From: Clostridiales bacterium
GTDB lineage: Bacteria; Bacillota; Clostridia; Ch29
Reading direction: 5' to 3'
DNA: 64,000 bases
Assembly (NCBI GenBank): GCA_012523075.1
Contig: JAAYJF010000075.1
Coordinates: 21,009 to 85,008 of the forward strand
Position numbers and translations under genes: made by a program. Shown piece after piece: positions 8,884-18,530 of this stretch (the first letter of the stretch is position 1; each line of letters begins with the position of its first letter). The notes below the pieces were generated by a model. That model was not told the DNA's origin. It searched no databases and saw only the letters and a list, made by a program, of their open reading frames with translations.

Positions 8884-10791
8884 TTATTCGGCAAAGAGTA
8901 TCTCCAGCACCTCTTCCGCCCTTTTCACTGCGTGAACTTCAATCCCTGAAAGGTCGGCAGGCACTTCCTTCGAGTTCTTTGCAGGAATTATTATCGCCGA
9001 CATATCGTTTTGCTTTGCACCGTATATCTTTTCGATTATTCCTCCCACCGGCTTTATTTCTCCCTGTATGGAAATCTCCCCCGTCACCGCTATGTCCTGC
9101 CTTACGGGCCTTTGGGTAATTGCGCTGGCAAGGGCACTAAAAATGGCTACCCCCGCCGAGGGCCCGTCCACCCTTCCCCCGCCGATACAGTTGACGTGAA
9201 CATCATAATCGCTTACAATTTCGCCGGAAATTTTCCTTATTACAGCCGCTGCGTTAAACACCGAATCCCTTGTCATGGAACCTGCGGCATCATTAATTCT
9301 TATGGTCCCCTCTCCCTTTTTGAGCGCCGGAAAGGCTATAGCCTCTATCTCCAGTACCGAGCCTATGTATCCCGCCACTCCCAGGGCCAGCACCCTGCCA
9401 ACCCTTGAATGAATCTTATCGGTAAATCTTACGCAGGGAGCAAGCCGGCTGTTCTGAATAACGGTGTATATGTCGCTGCGTCTTATGCGCACTTCTTGAG
9501 GGGCGCAGTTTTGCTCGGCAATCGCAATATTATACGCATCCGCCAAAATATTGACAGCTTTCCGCCCTTCTATTGTATACTGACTTATAATCTCAGCGCA
9601 ACCCTTTTCAATTTGTACCCCCAGTTTATTAACCGCATTATTTATTATTATTACAATATCCGCAGGGGTCAGGGGGTCGAAGAATACCTCGGTACACCTT
9701 GAGCGAAACGCTGGGTTTATGCTTTCTGGCTGCCGGGTTGTGGCTCCTATCAGTATGAAATCCGCCGGCGCCCCCTCCTCAAAGAGCTTACGTATATAAA
9801 GGGGTATATTTTTGTTGGACGCATCGTAATATATGGACTCAAAGCTAATTCTTTTATCCTCCAGCACCTTCAGCAGTTTATTCTGTAAAACGGGGTCCAT
9901 CTCACCAATTTCATCAATAAACAGTATTCCCCCGTGGGCCTGGGTCACAAGCCCTATCTTTGGTTCAGGGATGCCGGTATCCGACAGTTCCTTGTTGCTT
10001 CCCTGGTATATGGGGTCGTGCACCGACCCAAGAAGGGGATTGGCTATTCCCCTGGAATCCCACCTCAGTGTTGTGCCGTCCACCTCTATAAAGCTGGAAT
10101 CCTCTGTAAAGGGTGAATACTCCTTTATCTTTGCCACTTTCAGTGCCAGCCGTGCCGCAGAGGTTTTCCCGACGCCGGGGGGGCCATAAAGCAGCACATG
10201 CTGGGGATAGGGAGAACCAATCTTTGCCAGCAGGGCCTTTATAGCTCTTTGCTGCCCTACTATCTCGTCAACGGTCGAAGGCCTCAGCACCTCCATTATG
10301 GACTTGCCCAGGCTTCTTTTCTCCAGCTTCTGGAGATTGGCATATTTTTTAAGCGTGGTTGGATTCTCCGGCCCCGAGTGTTTTTTAATAATAGCCAGCT
10401 TAAGCTCCTCCATGTATTGGGCCTGACGCTGCTGTATCCTGTCCTGGAGTTCCTTGTTGATTTTTTCTCTAACCACCCTTTCGGCCAGCATATCGGTAAT
10501 CCTGGTGCGCAGTTCCTGCACCACAGCCATACAGTCCTCCGGCTGGGGAGGTTCGGCTTCCGGACCCAGCACAATTTTTTGTAAGGCATGGATTTTAACT
10601 ACTACATCGTCCTCTTGCAAATCCTGTTCCAGCCCAAAATCCCTTACCCTTTCGTTGTAAGCCTTGACACCCATACTGTCTATGAGCATTTCCCCGAGAA
10701 CAGACACCTGTCTTTCCAACATCCTTCTATCCGGTTTATGCTCGGAACCGGCTGGCTTTGCTAAGTATTTTTCTGCGTTTACCTCCAACAT
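8884..10791 (-). CDS. Lon-family ATP-dependent protease (LonB/LonC-like: AAA+ ATPase plus S16 peptidase domain, no N-terminal LON domain)
   Basis: Walker A GPPGVGKTS; Lon catalytic serine motif VDGPSAG and the downstream lysine (..EKIYGAKQ..). 635 aa. Sits between rplI and dnaB. Confidence 0.8.
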   Translation of the reverse strand: MLEVNAEKYLAKPAGSEHKPDRRMLERQVSVLGEMLIDSMGVKAYNERVRDFGLEQDLQEDDVVVKIHALQKIVLGPEAEPPQPEDCMAVVQELRTRITDMLAERVVREKINKELQDRIQQRQAQYMEELKLAIIKKHSGPENPTTLKKYANLQKLEKRSLGKSIMEVLRPSTVDEIVGQQRAIKALLAKIGSPYPQHVLLYGPPGVGKTSAARLALKVAKIKEYSPFTEDSSFIEVDGTTLRWDSRGIANPLLGSVHDPIYQGSNKELSDTGIPEPKIGLVTQAHGGILFIDEIGEMDPVLQNKLLKVLEDKRISFESIYYDASNKNIPLYIRKLFEEGAPADFILIGATTRQPESINPAFRSRCTEVFFDPLTPADIVIIINNAVNKLGVQIEKGCAEIISQYTIEGRKAVNILADAYNIAIAEQNCAPQEVRIRRSDIYTVIQNSRLAPCVRFTDKIHSRVGRVLALGVAGYIGSVLEIEAIAFPALKKGEGTIRINDAAGSMTRDSVFNAAAVIRKISGEIVSDYDVHVNCIGGGRVDGPSAGVAIFSALASAITQRPVRQDIAVTGEISIQGEIKPVGGIIEKIYGAKQNDMSAIIIPAKNSKEVPADLSGIEVHAVKRAEEVLEILFAE

Positions 10792-10804
10792 GAACTCCCC
10801 TTTT

Positions 10805-11254
10805 CTATTCTTGCCCTATAATAACTTCAAGCATGGTTGATATCTCGGGATATACCTTAACTTCCACTTTAAATTCCCCGGTATTCTTTATCGGCTCGGG
10901 CAGTACAATTTTTTTCTTGTCCACCGTTATGCCGTACTGGTCCTTAAGGCCTTCCGCTATATCCTTAGCGGTAACCGAACCGAAGAGTTTGCCGTTTTCG
11001 CCGGCCTTAACTTTAAGTTCAACTTTAAGTGATGCTATCCTTTCGGCCTGTTCCCTGGCCTTAGCCTCTTCGGTCTGCCTTTTCCTGAGCATCATGGCGT
11101 TTTGCTGGCTTATCCTTTTTTTGCCCTGTTCGGTAGCCATCACCGCGTACCCCTTAGGCAGCAGGAAGTTCCTGGCATACCCGTCGCTTACCCTTATCAC
11201 CTCCCCTTTCTTGCCCTGTCCCTTTACATCCTTAAGAAGTATAACCTCCATCAC
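10805..11254 (-). CDS. rplI: 50S ribosomal protein L9
   Basis: [36 protein letters not shown]; 149 aa. Confidence 0.95.
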   Translation of the reverse strand: MMEVILLKDVKGQGKKGEVIRVSDGYARNFLLPKGYAVMATEQGKKRISQQNAMMLRKRQTEEAKAREQAERIASLKVELKVKAGENGKLFGSVTAKDIAEGLKDQYGITVDKKKIVLPEPIKNTGEFKVEVKVYPEISTMLEVIIGQE

Positions 11255-13251
11255 ACATCACCTTCCTCTATATATTGGTTAAGGGCTTCCTCTAGCCTTT
11301 CCCGGGCCCCGTCCACTTCCACACCGGTAAGCTGTACCCCCGCTGCCGTCATATGACCTCCTCCTCCGAGGCTTTCCATAATAAGCTGCACGTTTATCTC
11401 TCCCAGCGAACGGCCGCTTATAAACACGCTTTGGCCAAATTTGCACAGTACAAAGGCGGCCTTTATACCCCGTATATCCAAAAGGGTATTGGCTGCCTGG
11501 GCGGTAATAAGCAGCGGGCTTTCAATACCCTCGGGACATACTGATATGGCTATGGAATTGTGTACTATCCGTGCTTTTTTTACTGTCTCGGCCCTGGCCA
11601 AAAAAGTGTCTATATCGTCCTGGAAGAACTGCCTGACCGCCGTAGTATCCGCTCCCATACGCCTCAAAAAGGAGGCCGCTTCAAAGGTCTTTACCCCGGT
11701 TTTGTATGTAAAGTTTTTGGTGTCTATAATAATCCCTGCCAAAAGAGCCTCCGCCTCAATGGGACGTATTTTGATATCCTCGCTTATATACTGAAGAATT
11801 TCGGTTACCAGCTCACAGGTAGAGGAGGCGTAGGTTTCCTGGTATACCAGGGCCGCGTCCTCAATAAAATCGGGGCTTCTCCTGTGATGGTCTATCACAA
11901 CAATGTTGCCCGCCCTGGGCAACAGCTCCGGGCACTCGGAAAACCCGGGCCGGTGGGTATCTACTATAATCAAAAGAGTCCCCCCGTCTACAACACCCTG
12001 GGCCTCCCTGCAGCCAATGAATAGGGATGAATATTCTTCGTCCTCCATTATTCGGGAATACAATGTTTCTATTGAAGGGTTTGGCCCACTCATTATAATT
12101 TTCGCGTCTTTCCCAAGGGATTTTGCACCCCTGTACATTCCCACCGCAGCACCGAGGCTGTCCGGATCTGCAAGCCTATGAGGCATAATGAGCACGCTGT
12201 CACTTTGAAGTATTAAATGGCGTAGGGCGTGGGCTATCACCCGGGACTTAAGCTTTGTTCTCTTTTCCACTTCCCTGGTCTTACCGCCGTAAAAATACAG
12301 CCTATCTTCCACCTTAACCACCGCCTGGTCACCTCCCCTTCCCTGGGCCAGGTCAATTGCAGCATTGGCAAATTGTATTAGCCGGGCAGGGTCTCCACCG
12401 CCGGTGCCTATCCCTATGCTTAAGGTCGGGGGTATCAGGTTCCCTAAGGCTATATCCCTTATCTCGTCCAATATATCAAACTTCTTTTGCTGCAGACGCG
12501 TAAGCCAGTCCTTCTCAAACACCAGTATGTATTTGCCGTCGTCATACTTTTGTATAGCTCCCCTTATACCCTCCGCCCATCGGTACAATCTCTTATCTAT
12601 CTCCGCCACCAGCGATGCCCGGATATCGGCGTCCAGGCCAGAAGCTATCTCGTCCAGGCTGTCCACCTGTATAAGGGCAATAACGGTACCCCTTCTATTA
12701 ATCTCCTGCTGGGCTACCACGCAATCTGTTATGTCCACAAAATATAGCATGCCGGTCTTTCTTTTGCGTCCCCCCACCCCTGATGTCTCTACTATATTAT
12801 ATATAACACTGTAATGTCTATCTGCATTTGTTACCTGTATTTCCATGTCCTTTTTATGCTGCATTATCAAGTCAATATCAATATCCTTTATGTGCTCTAT
12901 TATGCCGCTACCCAGTATGTCCTCCCGCTGAACCATCTCGGCAAACCGTGAGTTGTACCAGTTGATGCTGCCCTTTTCGTTAACCATTACCATAGGCAGG
13001 GGCAACCCTATAAGGGTACTGCTTATGGCGTTGTCTATGTCAAAGGACAGGTTTTCCACGTATTCAGTAAGCTGTTCCTTCTGGCTGTGGGTTGCTGACC
13101 GGCTATGGTAAACAAGGTATGCAAGCAGTAACATCCCCACAAAACCAAGGAAAATGTTGTAATAGGTCAGGCAAAGAATCAGCCCAAAAACGCTCCACAG
13201 ATATATGGCAGTATTGGATTTTACCAGCTTAATAAAACTTTTGTTTTTCAT
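11251..13251 (-). CDS. gdpP: Cyclic-di-AMP phosphodiesterase GdpP (2 TM helices, PAS, degenerate GGDEF, DHH-DHHA1)
   Basis: DHH motif [10 protein letters not shown]; DHHA1 motif [10 protein letters not shown]; two N-terminal TM helices; 666 aa. Translationally coupled to rplI. Confidence 0.9.
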   Translation of the reverse strand: MKNKSFIKLVKSNTAIYLWSVFGLILCLTYYNIFLGFVGMLLLAYLVYHSRSATHSQKEQLTEYVENLSFDIDNAISSTLIGLPLPMVMVNEKGSINWYNSRFAEMVQREDILGSGIIEHIKDIDIDLIMQHKKDMEIQVTNADRHYSVIYNIVETSGVGGRKRKTGMLYFVDITDCVVAQQEINRRGTVIALIQVDSLDEIASGLDADIRASLVAEIDKRLYRWAEGIRGAIQKYDDGKYILVFEKDWLTRLQQKKFDILDEIRDIALGNLIPPTLSIGIGTGGGDPARLIQFANAAIDLAQGRGGDQAVVKVEDRLYFYGGKTREVEKRTKLKSRVIAHALRHLILQSDSVLIMPHRLADPDSLGAAVGMYRGAKSLGKDAKIIMSGPNPSIETLYSRIMEDEEYSSLFIGCREAQGVVDGGTLLIIVDTHRPGFSECPELLPRAGNIVVIDHHRRSPDFIEDAALVYQETYASSTCELVTEILQYISEDIKIRPIEAEALLAGIIIDTKNFTYKTGVKTFEAASFLRRMGADTTAVRQFFQDDIDTFLARAETVKKARIVHNSIAISVCPEGIESPLLITAQAANTLLDIRGIKAAFVLCKFGQSVFISGRSLGEINVQLIMESLGGGGHMTAAGVQLTGVEVDGARERLEEALNQYIEEGDV

Positions 13252-13348
13252 CCCATTACCCCTCCGGGTATTCCATTTAACCGTATTTTTAAAGGTATGC
13301 CCGTCTTAATCCCTGACTAGTCTCTGCCTTAGCCTAGCGGCCATCGTT

Positions 13349-14290
13349 TTAGGTAAATCTCCTCCTGAAGTCAAATAGAGTATCCAGCAGCCCGGTGAGT
13401 ACAGCCACCAGCGCCAGCGGCTGATTAAACAGTATAAGCACTATGAGAATTATCGCAAAAACCTTGTTAATGCCCCGGCGCATAAGGAAAAAATAGGCCA
13501 CCGAAATCCCCTGGGCTAGGAAAACTATTTGGAACAGCAGCAGTATATTGCCCGCTACAACATCTATATTGCCCAACCCCAGGTATCCGCCGGCTATGGA
13601 CAACGCCATAAGAAGCAAAAAGCCAATCATCAGGTTGCCGGGGGCCCTCCACTCGGCAAAGGGCGGTAAAGCCTCCAACCTAAGGCCCAGCCTTCTTAGC
13701 ACAATTCTGGCCACAGTATAGTTAAGGTAGGAATCCAGTACAGCGACCATAACCAAGATGGCCGGTAGCATAACCCTAAGCAATTCAAAGGACGAAAACA
13801 GGCCCTCCCTCATTTCCTCTGGAACGTCAAGGCCCATCCTGTCATAAAACCCCATGGAAAGCTCCAGTCCCTTCTCCATGGATTCAAGCTGCACCTCTAA
13901 AGGGTTTACCCCCATAAGCCGGGTAACGGCATACATCAAAAGCAGCTTGGACAGCAGCGACACAACAGCAGTTATGGCAAGTATCCTTCCCGCCCTAAAG
14001 TTCTTATGTACACCATAGCCTATGGACAGTCCCAGGGCCCCATAGGAGAGTATTACGTAAGCCGCATAGATGGGTTCGGAAACCATGCCGACAATAAGGC
14101 CGGAGGCTATGGTAGAATAAACCCCGTACTTTAAACCATATCTTTTAACTATTACTATTACCGGGACCGGCCAAAGTAGTGACGCAAGGGCCAAAACCGG
14201 AACGAACAAACCAATAATCGCTATTATAACCGACAGTGCGGTTGCCAGCGCGGTATTCGCCAGCGCCTTTACGTTGCTATCCCTGTTCAT
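13349..14290 (-). CDS. YybS-family integral membrane protein (DUF2232)
   Basis: Polytopic membrane protein in the conserved position upstream of gdpP. Confidence 0.7.
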   Translation of the reverse strand: MNRDSNVKALANTALATALSVIIAIIGLFVPVLALASLLWPVPVIVIVKRYGLKYGVYSTIASGLIVGMVSEPIYAAYVILSYGALGLSIGYGVHKNFRAGRILAITAVVSLLSKLLLMYAVTRLMGVNPLEVQLESMEKGLELSMGFYDRMGLDVPEEMREGLFSSFELLRVMLPAILVMVAVLDSYLNYTVARIVLRRLGLRLEALPPFAEWRAPGNLMIGFLLLMALSIAGGYLGLGNIDVVAGNILLLFQIVFLAQGISVAYFFLMRRGINKVFAIILIVLILFNQPLALVAVLTGLLDTLFDFRRRFT

Positions 14291-14293
14291 CCT

Positions 14294-14653
14294 TCATCCC
14301 TGCTTTCTATTTCTATTCAAATAACCCGCTAGCCCGGACAGGTCTTTATACCATTTCTCCACTTCGTGTTCCTCAGTGATCCCTAGTTTAATCTTGTTTT
14401 GTATCTTAAGGTCGATGGCGGCGTAGGTAAGTCCCATCCTCCGCGCAAGCAGGTAAGCCACCAGTATTATATTTGCGATAACATCCGATAGTGCCTCCTG
14501 GCTCTCCCGGCTGCCCCTGTGCATAAGCTGATAAAAGGTCGCCACCCCCGACAGCATTTCACATTTCAGCCACTCAACCAACCTCATGTTCCTGGTTACC
14601 TCAACCTTATCTTTAGTAGACGCCAAACCCCTGCTCCCCCCCTTAAACTCCAT
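14294..14653 (-). CDS. MazG-like nucleotide pyrophosphohydrolase-domain protein
   Basis: 119-aa all-alpha protein with EEXXE-like acidic motifs. Inserted between rpsR and yybS. Confidence 0.5.
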   Translation of the reverse strand: MEFKGGSRGLASTKDKVEVTRNMRLVEWLKCEMLSGVATFYQLMHRGSRESQEALSDVIANIILVAYLLARRMGLTYAAIDLKIQNKIKLGITEEHEVEKWYKDLSGLAGYLNRNRKQG

Positions 14654-14731
14654 CGCAGCAAAACCTTTTTCATCCTACCACAATATTATAACTCTTTTTA
14701 AGCGAACAATTTGTAAAAATATAGCTGTAAT

Positions 14732-14780
14732 CCCGTACTTTTGATACGGGTAATAAAAAGAGAGCATATAGCTCTCTTAA
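14732..14780 (-). terminator. Tandem rho-independent terminators after rpsR
   Basis: On the minus strand: GAGAGCUAUAUGCUCUC followed by UUUUUAUU, overlapping the rpsR stop; then CCCGUAUCAAAAGUACGGG. Confidence 0.7.
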
Positions 14781-15004
14781 TCGGCCGTAAAGGGCAGAAG
14801 TGCAATGTTTCTGGCTCTTTTTATTGCTATTGTAAGCTGCCTTTGATGTCTGGCGCAGTTCCCGCTTATTCTTCTGGGAGTTATTTTTCCCCTTTCGGTA
14901 ATGTACTTTCGGAGCTTACTTACGTCTTTATAATCAATTTTGTCAATTCCGTCAATACAGAAATTGCATACCCGCTTTTTGCTTTTTCGGGTTTTGCGTT
15001 TCAC
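14777..15004 (-). CDS. rpsR: 30S ribosomal protein S18
   Basis: ..[29 protein letters not shown].. Confidence 0.95.
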   Translation of the reverse strand: MKRKTRKSKKRVCNFCIDGIDKIDYKDVSKLRKYITERGKITPRRISGNCARHQRQLTIAIKRARNIALLPFTAD

Positions 15005-15021
15005 TCGTATCCCTCCCTTTG

Positions 15022-15456
15022 CTAGAATGGCAAGTCCGAATCCTCTTCTATAGGATAGAAGTCATCGTCAGAGCCGCCCTCATCACCTTTATTCCTGTTA
15101 TATTCCTTGAACTCTCCGTCCCCGCCGATGCCGGGCGCTTTGTCCAGGAAAGTTACTTCGTCTGCCACCACTTCGGTTATGGACCTCCTTTGGCCGCTGT
15201 CGTCCTCCCAGCTTCTTGTCTGTATCCTGCCCGTTATCCCTACCAATCTGCCCTTCCCGAGGTAATTGGCACACAGCTCGGCAAGCCTTCTCCAGGTAAC
15301 AATACGAATAAAATCCGTTTCCCTTTCGCCCTGTCTGTTTTTATAGTTTCTGTTCACGGCCAGCGTAAAAGTTGCCACCTGGATGCCAGTTCCTGGTGTA
15401 ACGCGCAATTCAGGGTCCCTTGTGAGTCTTCCCACAAGACATACTTTGTTCATCAT
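15022..15456 (-). CDS. ssb: Single-stranded DNA-binding protein
   Basis: OB-fold N-terminus [18 protein letters not shown]..; acidic tail ..[15 protein letters not shown]. Confidence 0.95.
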   Translation of the reverse strand: MMNKVCLVGRLTRDPELRVTPGTGIQVATFTLAVNRNYKNRQGERETDFIRIVTWRRLAELCANYLGKGRLVGITGRIQTRSWEDDSGQRRSITEVVADEVTFLDKAPGIGGDGEFKEYNRNKGDEGGSDDDFYPIEEDSDLPF

Positions 15457-15474
15457 TTTTCACACCACCCTGAT

Positions 15475-15759
15475 TTATTCATCTTCGCTAACAATAAGAT
15501 GCCTTATAACGCTCTCAGTAATCCTAAAAACCCTGGTAAGCTCCCTGGGGACCTCATTCCCAGCCTTAAAGTTCATCTTCACGTAATAGCCTTCGTTTTT
15601 CTTGTTGATCTCATAGGCGAGCTTCCTGGTACCCCATTCGTCAACGGCCTCAATCTCGCCGTCCTGCTGGATAACACCCTTTACCCTTTCGATAATGGAA
15701 TTCCTTGCTTCCTCTTCCAGCTCCGGGTCAAGAATAAAGAGCATTTCATATTTGCTCAT
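15475..15759 (-). CDS. rpsF: 30S ribosomal protein S6
   Basis: MSKYEMLFILDPELEEE.. with a strong AGGAGGTG ribosome-binding site. The track ORF extends 12 codons upstream. Confidence 0.95.
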   Translation of the reverse strand: MSKYEMLFILDPELEEEARNSIIERVKGVIQQDGEIEAVDEWGTRKLAYEINKKNEGYYVKMNFKAGNEVPRELTRVFRITESVIRHLIVSEDE

Positions 15760-15820
15760 CGGTTCACCTCCTTCTGGACTAAACGGCCCTACCAAAGGTA
15801 GAGCAAGGATGTACTATAGT

Positions 15821-15849
15821 ATTCTACCACAGTGCATTTTTCAATGCAA
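15821..15849 (-). promoter_or_regulatory. SigA promoter for rpsF-ssb-rpsR
   Basis: On the minus strand: TTGCAT, 17-bp spacer, TGgTAGAAT (extended -10). Confidence 0.5.
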
Positions 15850-15855
15850 CAATAT

Positions 15856-16056
15856 TTACCTTTCATCGGTACCGGCTTTCAATACTCTTCTAACCCTTTT
15901 TTCAAAGGTCTCCCGGGGCATCAGAACCTGTCTACCGCATTTAAGGCATTTAATCCTAATATCCATCCCCGTTCTTACTACTTCCCACAGGTCGTTCCCG
16001 CAGGGGTGTTTCTTTTTCATCTGGGCAACGTCTCCCAGTTCAATCCTAAGAGGCAT
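15856..16056 (-). CDS. DUF951-family small protein (YyzM-like)
   Basis: MPLRIELGDVAQMKKKHPCGNDLWEVVRTGMDIRIKCLKCGRQVL.. (66 aa) with a GGAAGGAGAAGG ribosome-binding site. The longer track ORF has no ribosome-binding site. Confidence 0.7.
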   Translation of the reverse strand: MPLRIELGDVAQMKKKHPCGNDLWEVVRTGMDIRIKCLKCGRQVLMPRETFEKRVRRVLKAGTDER

Positions 16057-16070
16057 AGGCCTTCTCCTTC

Positions 16071-16907
16071 CTATTTGTTTAGTATTACCCTCCTGGGATA
16101 TGGTGTTTCTATGCCCTCTTTGTCCAGTGCATCTTTTATTCCTTTTTTGATTTCCCTTTCGATTCTCCACTGCTCCATGTTCTTTGATTTAGCCCATATT
16201 CTCAATACAACCCAGGAATCTGCAATGTCCGCAACCCCAAGCACCCTCGGCCCATTGGTCAGTTGCGGCTCATTTTCCCTATACTCTTCAAAGAAACGCT
16301 CTATGACCTTGGTGGCTTTGTCAATATCCTCCTCCAGGGGGATGCGCACATCGAACATTATCCTCATATCGCCCCTGCTATGATTGGTCACGTTGGACAC
16401 GTTCCCGTTAGGAACTATATGCAGGTCTCCGTTAAAACCCCTTATCTTTGTTATTCTTATGCCTATATCCTCCACAATACCCGAGTGCTTGTCCAGCGAG
16501 ATATAATCCCCTACGGCGTACTGGTCCTCGAAGAGTATGAAAAACCCGGTTATTACGTCCCGGACCAAGTTTTGCGCCCCAAACCCGATAGCAAGACCCC
16601 CAATCCCGGCGGTGGCAAGGATGGAAGAGACCGGAATCCCCATAATTGTAATTATCATGGTAGCCCCAATGAAATATATGGTATAGGTAATTATGCTCTT
16701 TGTAAGGGCGCTCATGGTATTTATTTTCTTTGTATCGTCAACAAAACGGCTTTCTGCCTGTTTTTGATAGAATCTGTCCGAAAATGTCCCAAAAAGTTTA
16801 ATGGAAAGCTTTACCGCAATTATCACCAGTATTATTTTAAGAATATTCTGTCCAATGGCAATAAAAGAGATGCCACCTAAGTTTATACTCTGCAAAAGCT
16901 CAGCCAT
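16071..16907 (-). CDS. Small-conductance mechanosensitive channel (MscS family)
   Basis: Three N-terminal TM helices followed by the MscS beta-domain (..ITNHSRGDMRIMFDVRIPLEEDIDKA..). Confidence 0.85.
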   Translation of the reverse strand: MAELLQSINLGGISFIAIGQNILKIILVIIAVKLSIKLFGTFSDRFYQKQAESRFVDDTKKINTMSALTKSIITYTIYFIGATMIITIMGIPVSSILATAGIGGLAIGFGAQNLVRDVITGFFILFEDQYAVGDYISLDKHSGIVEDIGIRITKIRGFNGDLHIVPNGNVSNVTNHSRGDMRIMFDVRIPLEEDIDKATKVIERFFEEYRENEPQLTNGPRVLGVADIADSWVVLRIWAKSKNMEQWRIEREIKKGIKDALDKEGIETPYPRRVILNK

Positions 16908-16923
16908 TTTCTTTCCCTCCCCC

Positions 16924-17190
16924 TTAAAGCTCCTGCTTTACATAAACGGCCTTTCCTCTGTCGACGTCAATTCTGTACAGCCTTACCCTGTTTACGGAAG
17001 AATCCACCAGGCCCTTTACTTTCTCAAGGTTTTGCCCTGAGAGCCTTATGGACAGCCCGCAGCTTGCATCAATATCCCGGGGGGTTGGAATCATCTCCCC
17101 CTCCAGTCCCTTTTCTTTTAACTGTCCTTCCACCCTTATGGCTTGGTGCGTGGAATCAAATGCCAGAATATAGTATTCTTTTGGTTTCAT
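16924..17190 (-). CDS. DUF3343-domain protein (putative Se/S carrier-like)
   Basis: 88 aa, MKPKEYYILAFDSTHQAIRVEGQLKEKG.. Confidence 0.6.
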   Translation of the reverse strand: MKPKEYYILAFDSTHQAIRVEGQLKEKGLEGEMIPTPRDIDASCGLSIRLSGQNLEKVKGLVDSSVNRVRLYRIDVDRGKAVYVKQEL

Positions 17191-17202
17191 TCATTCGCCT
17201 TC

Positions 17203-17793
17203 CTATAAAGTTATGGTATTTACGCCGTTGTTTAATTTCTCAGCAATGGTATACATATTGGATACCTGCCCCACCGCAAGCTTTCCCTTGACATTGTAAT
17301 AATCAAGACAAGTTCCGCAGGACAGTATTTCAACCCCCATTCCCTCTAGCTCCCGGAGGGACCCCAGGGCTTCGGAGCCTTCTACCGACAGATTAACACC
17401 ACTGTTCATAAATATTATGGTTTCGGGCAGTGGGCACACCTCTGACAGCGTTTTGAGATACGCGTTCATAAGTATTCGGCCCAGGGTTTTGTCTCCCGTG
17501 CCCAGTATGTCGCTGCCAATAAGGATTATTAGCCCGTTTTTGCCCGCTACGTTTTCGAACCGCGGTCCTTCCAGGCCCTTTTCCTTAAAAATGCTGATAT
17601 AATAGTCACCGTCAACCTCCTGTACATCCACGCTGCAGGCCATGCTGGCAGCCAGCTTTTTTATATTCTCCCGGGCGGTCTCGGAACTGACTATGGTTGT
17701 CACCCTGCCCTCCTCAATCTCGTCGAGGGATTTTTTGGTAAGTATTACCGGCTGGGGACAGTTTAATCCCCTTGCGTCTATCTGCTTTTCCAA
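17203..17793 (-). CDS. YedF-like selenium-metabolism protein (TusA-like N-domain plus DsrE/DsrF-like C-domain)
   Basis: TusA CPxP motif LNCPQPVI at the N-terminus; 196 aa. Confidence 0.7.
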   Translation of the reverse strand: MEKQIDARGLNCPQPVILTKKSLDEIEEGRVTTIVSSETARENIKKLAASMACSVDVQEVDGDYYISIFKEKGLEGPRFENVAGKNGLIILIGSDILGTGDKTLGRILMNAYLKTLSEVCPLPETIIFMNSGVNLSVEGSEALGSLRELEGMGVEILSCGTCLDYYNVKGKLAVGQVSNMYTIAEKLNNGVNTITL

Positions 17794-17848
17794 AACAAAA
17801 CACCTCCCTATTTTCTATTAACAACGGATAGCGGCAGACCCATTCGAT

Positions 17849-18520
17849 TTAGATTATTCTTGATATTATCTCCATTGCCCATGGCACAATAAAATTATAC
17901 CTGTAGAAAAACACCGCTCCTGCGGAGCCTTGTATGCCTTTCAAAAGCCATTGGACTGGGAAAACGGCCGTCACCGGGATTATCAGCGCAAAGGTTAACA
18001 TAAGCCCCAGCACGCCCTTTAAAAATCCCACCGCAATACCACCCAGCTTGTTGAACTGCCTCAGCACCGGCAGTGCGGCCGCGGAGTTCAAAAATGCAAT
18101 TGTTAAAGCAAAGGTAATCCTTACGGCAAGGAATATGAGTATGATGCTCAAAAGGGAAATGATTATGCCGCTCAGCATCTGGGCTATGCCCGCCCTCACC
18201 GAATCGCCGACGGCCGGTACCGCGTTGATATACGGGAGCAGGTTTCCCAATTCTCCGGGCAGCTCCCAGCCACCGGAGCCGGTATCCCGCAACAGAAAAC
18301 TGTTTCCATCCAGACCTCTTAAAACGGCGAGGTATGTATTTTGGTATAAAACAGTATTGTCCTTTAAGTAACTGGCAAGGTCAGCAAAGTACAGCCGGGA
18401 AGCAATAATCGCCGTAATAAGCCCTGCTATGTTCATAAATGAAAGTACAAATCCCTCCGAATATCCCCTTACAGTGGATACTATCAGAACCGCAATAATT
18501 ACCCCGTCTACCCAGTTCAT
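17849..18520 (-). CDS. CvpA-family membrane protein
   Basis: MNWVDGVIIAVLIVSTVRGY.. with a GGGGTGAAGG ribosome-binding site; 4 TM helices. Confidence 0.7.
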   Translation of the reverse strand: MNWVDGVIIAVLIVSTVRGYSEGFVLSFMNIAGLITAIIASRLYFADLASYLKDNTVLYQNTYLAVLRGLDGNSFLLRDTGSGGWELPGELGNLLPYINAVPAVGDSVRAGIAQMLSGIIISLLSIILIFLAVRITFALTIAFLNSAAALPVLRQFNKLGGIAVGFLKGVLGLMLTFALIIPVTAVFPVQWLLKGIQGSAGAVFFYRYNFIVPWAMEIISRII

Positions 18521-18530
18521 ACCTTCACCC

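Noticed and set aside
8838-9119. Apparent one-base inconsistency near 8877 (track implies CACCACCCG, displayed text reads CACCACCG) that would frameshift the TTG-extended dnaB ORF
   Set aside because: It lies upstream of the probable ATG start of dnaB (MQSIGK..) and is likely a reading or display artefact. It is the reason I flag a +/-1 nt uncertainty on hand-derived coordinates.
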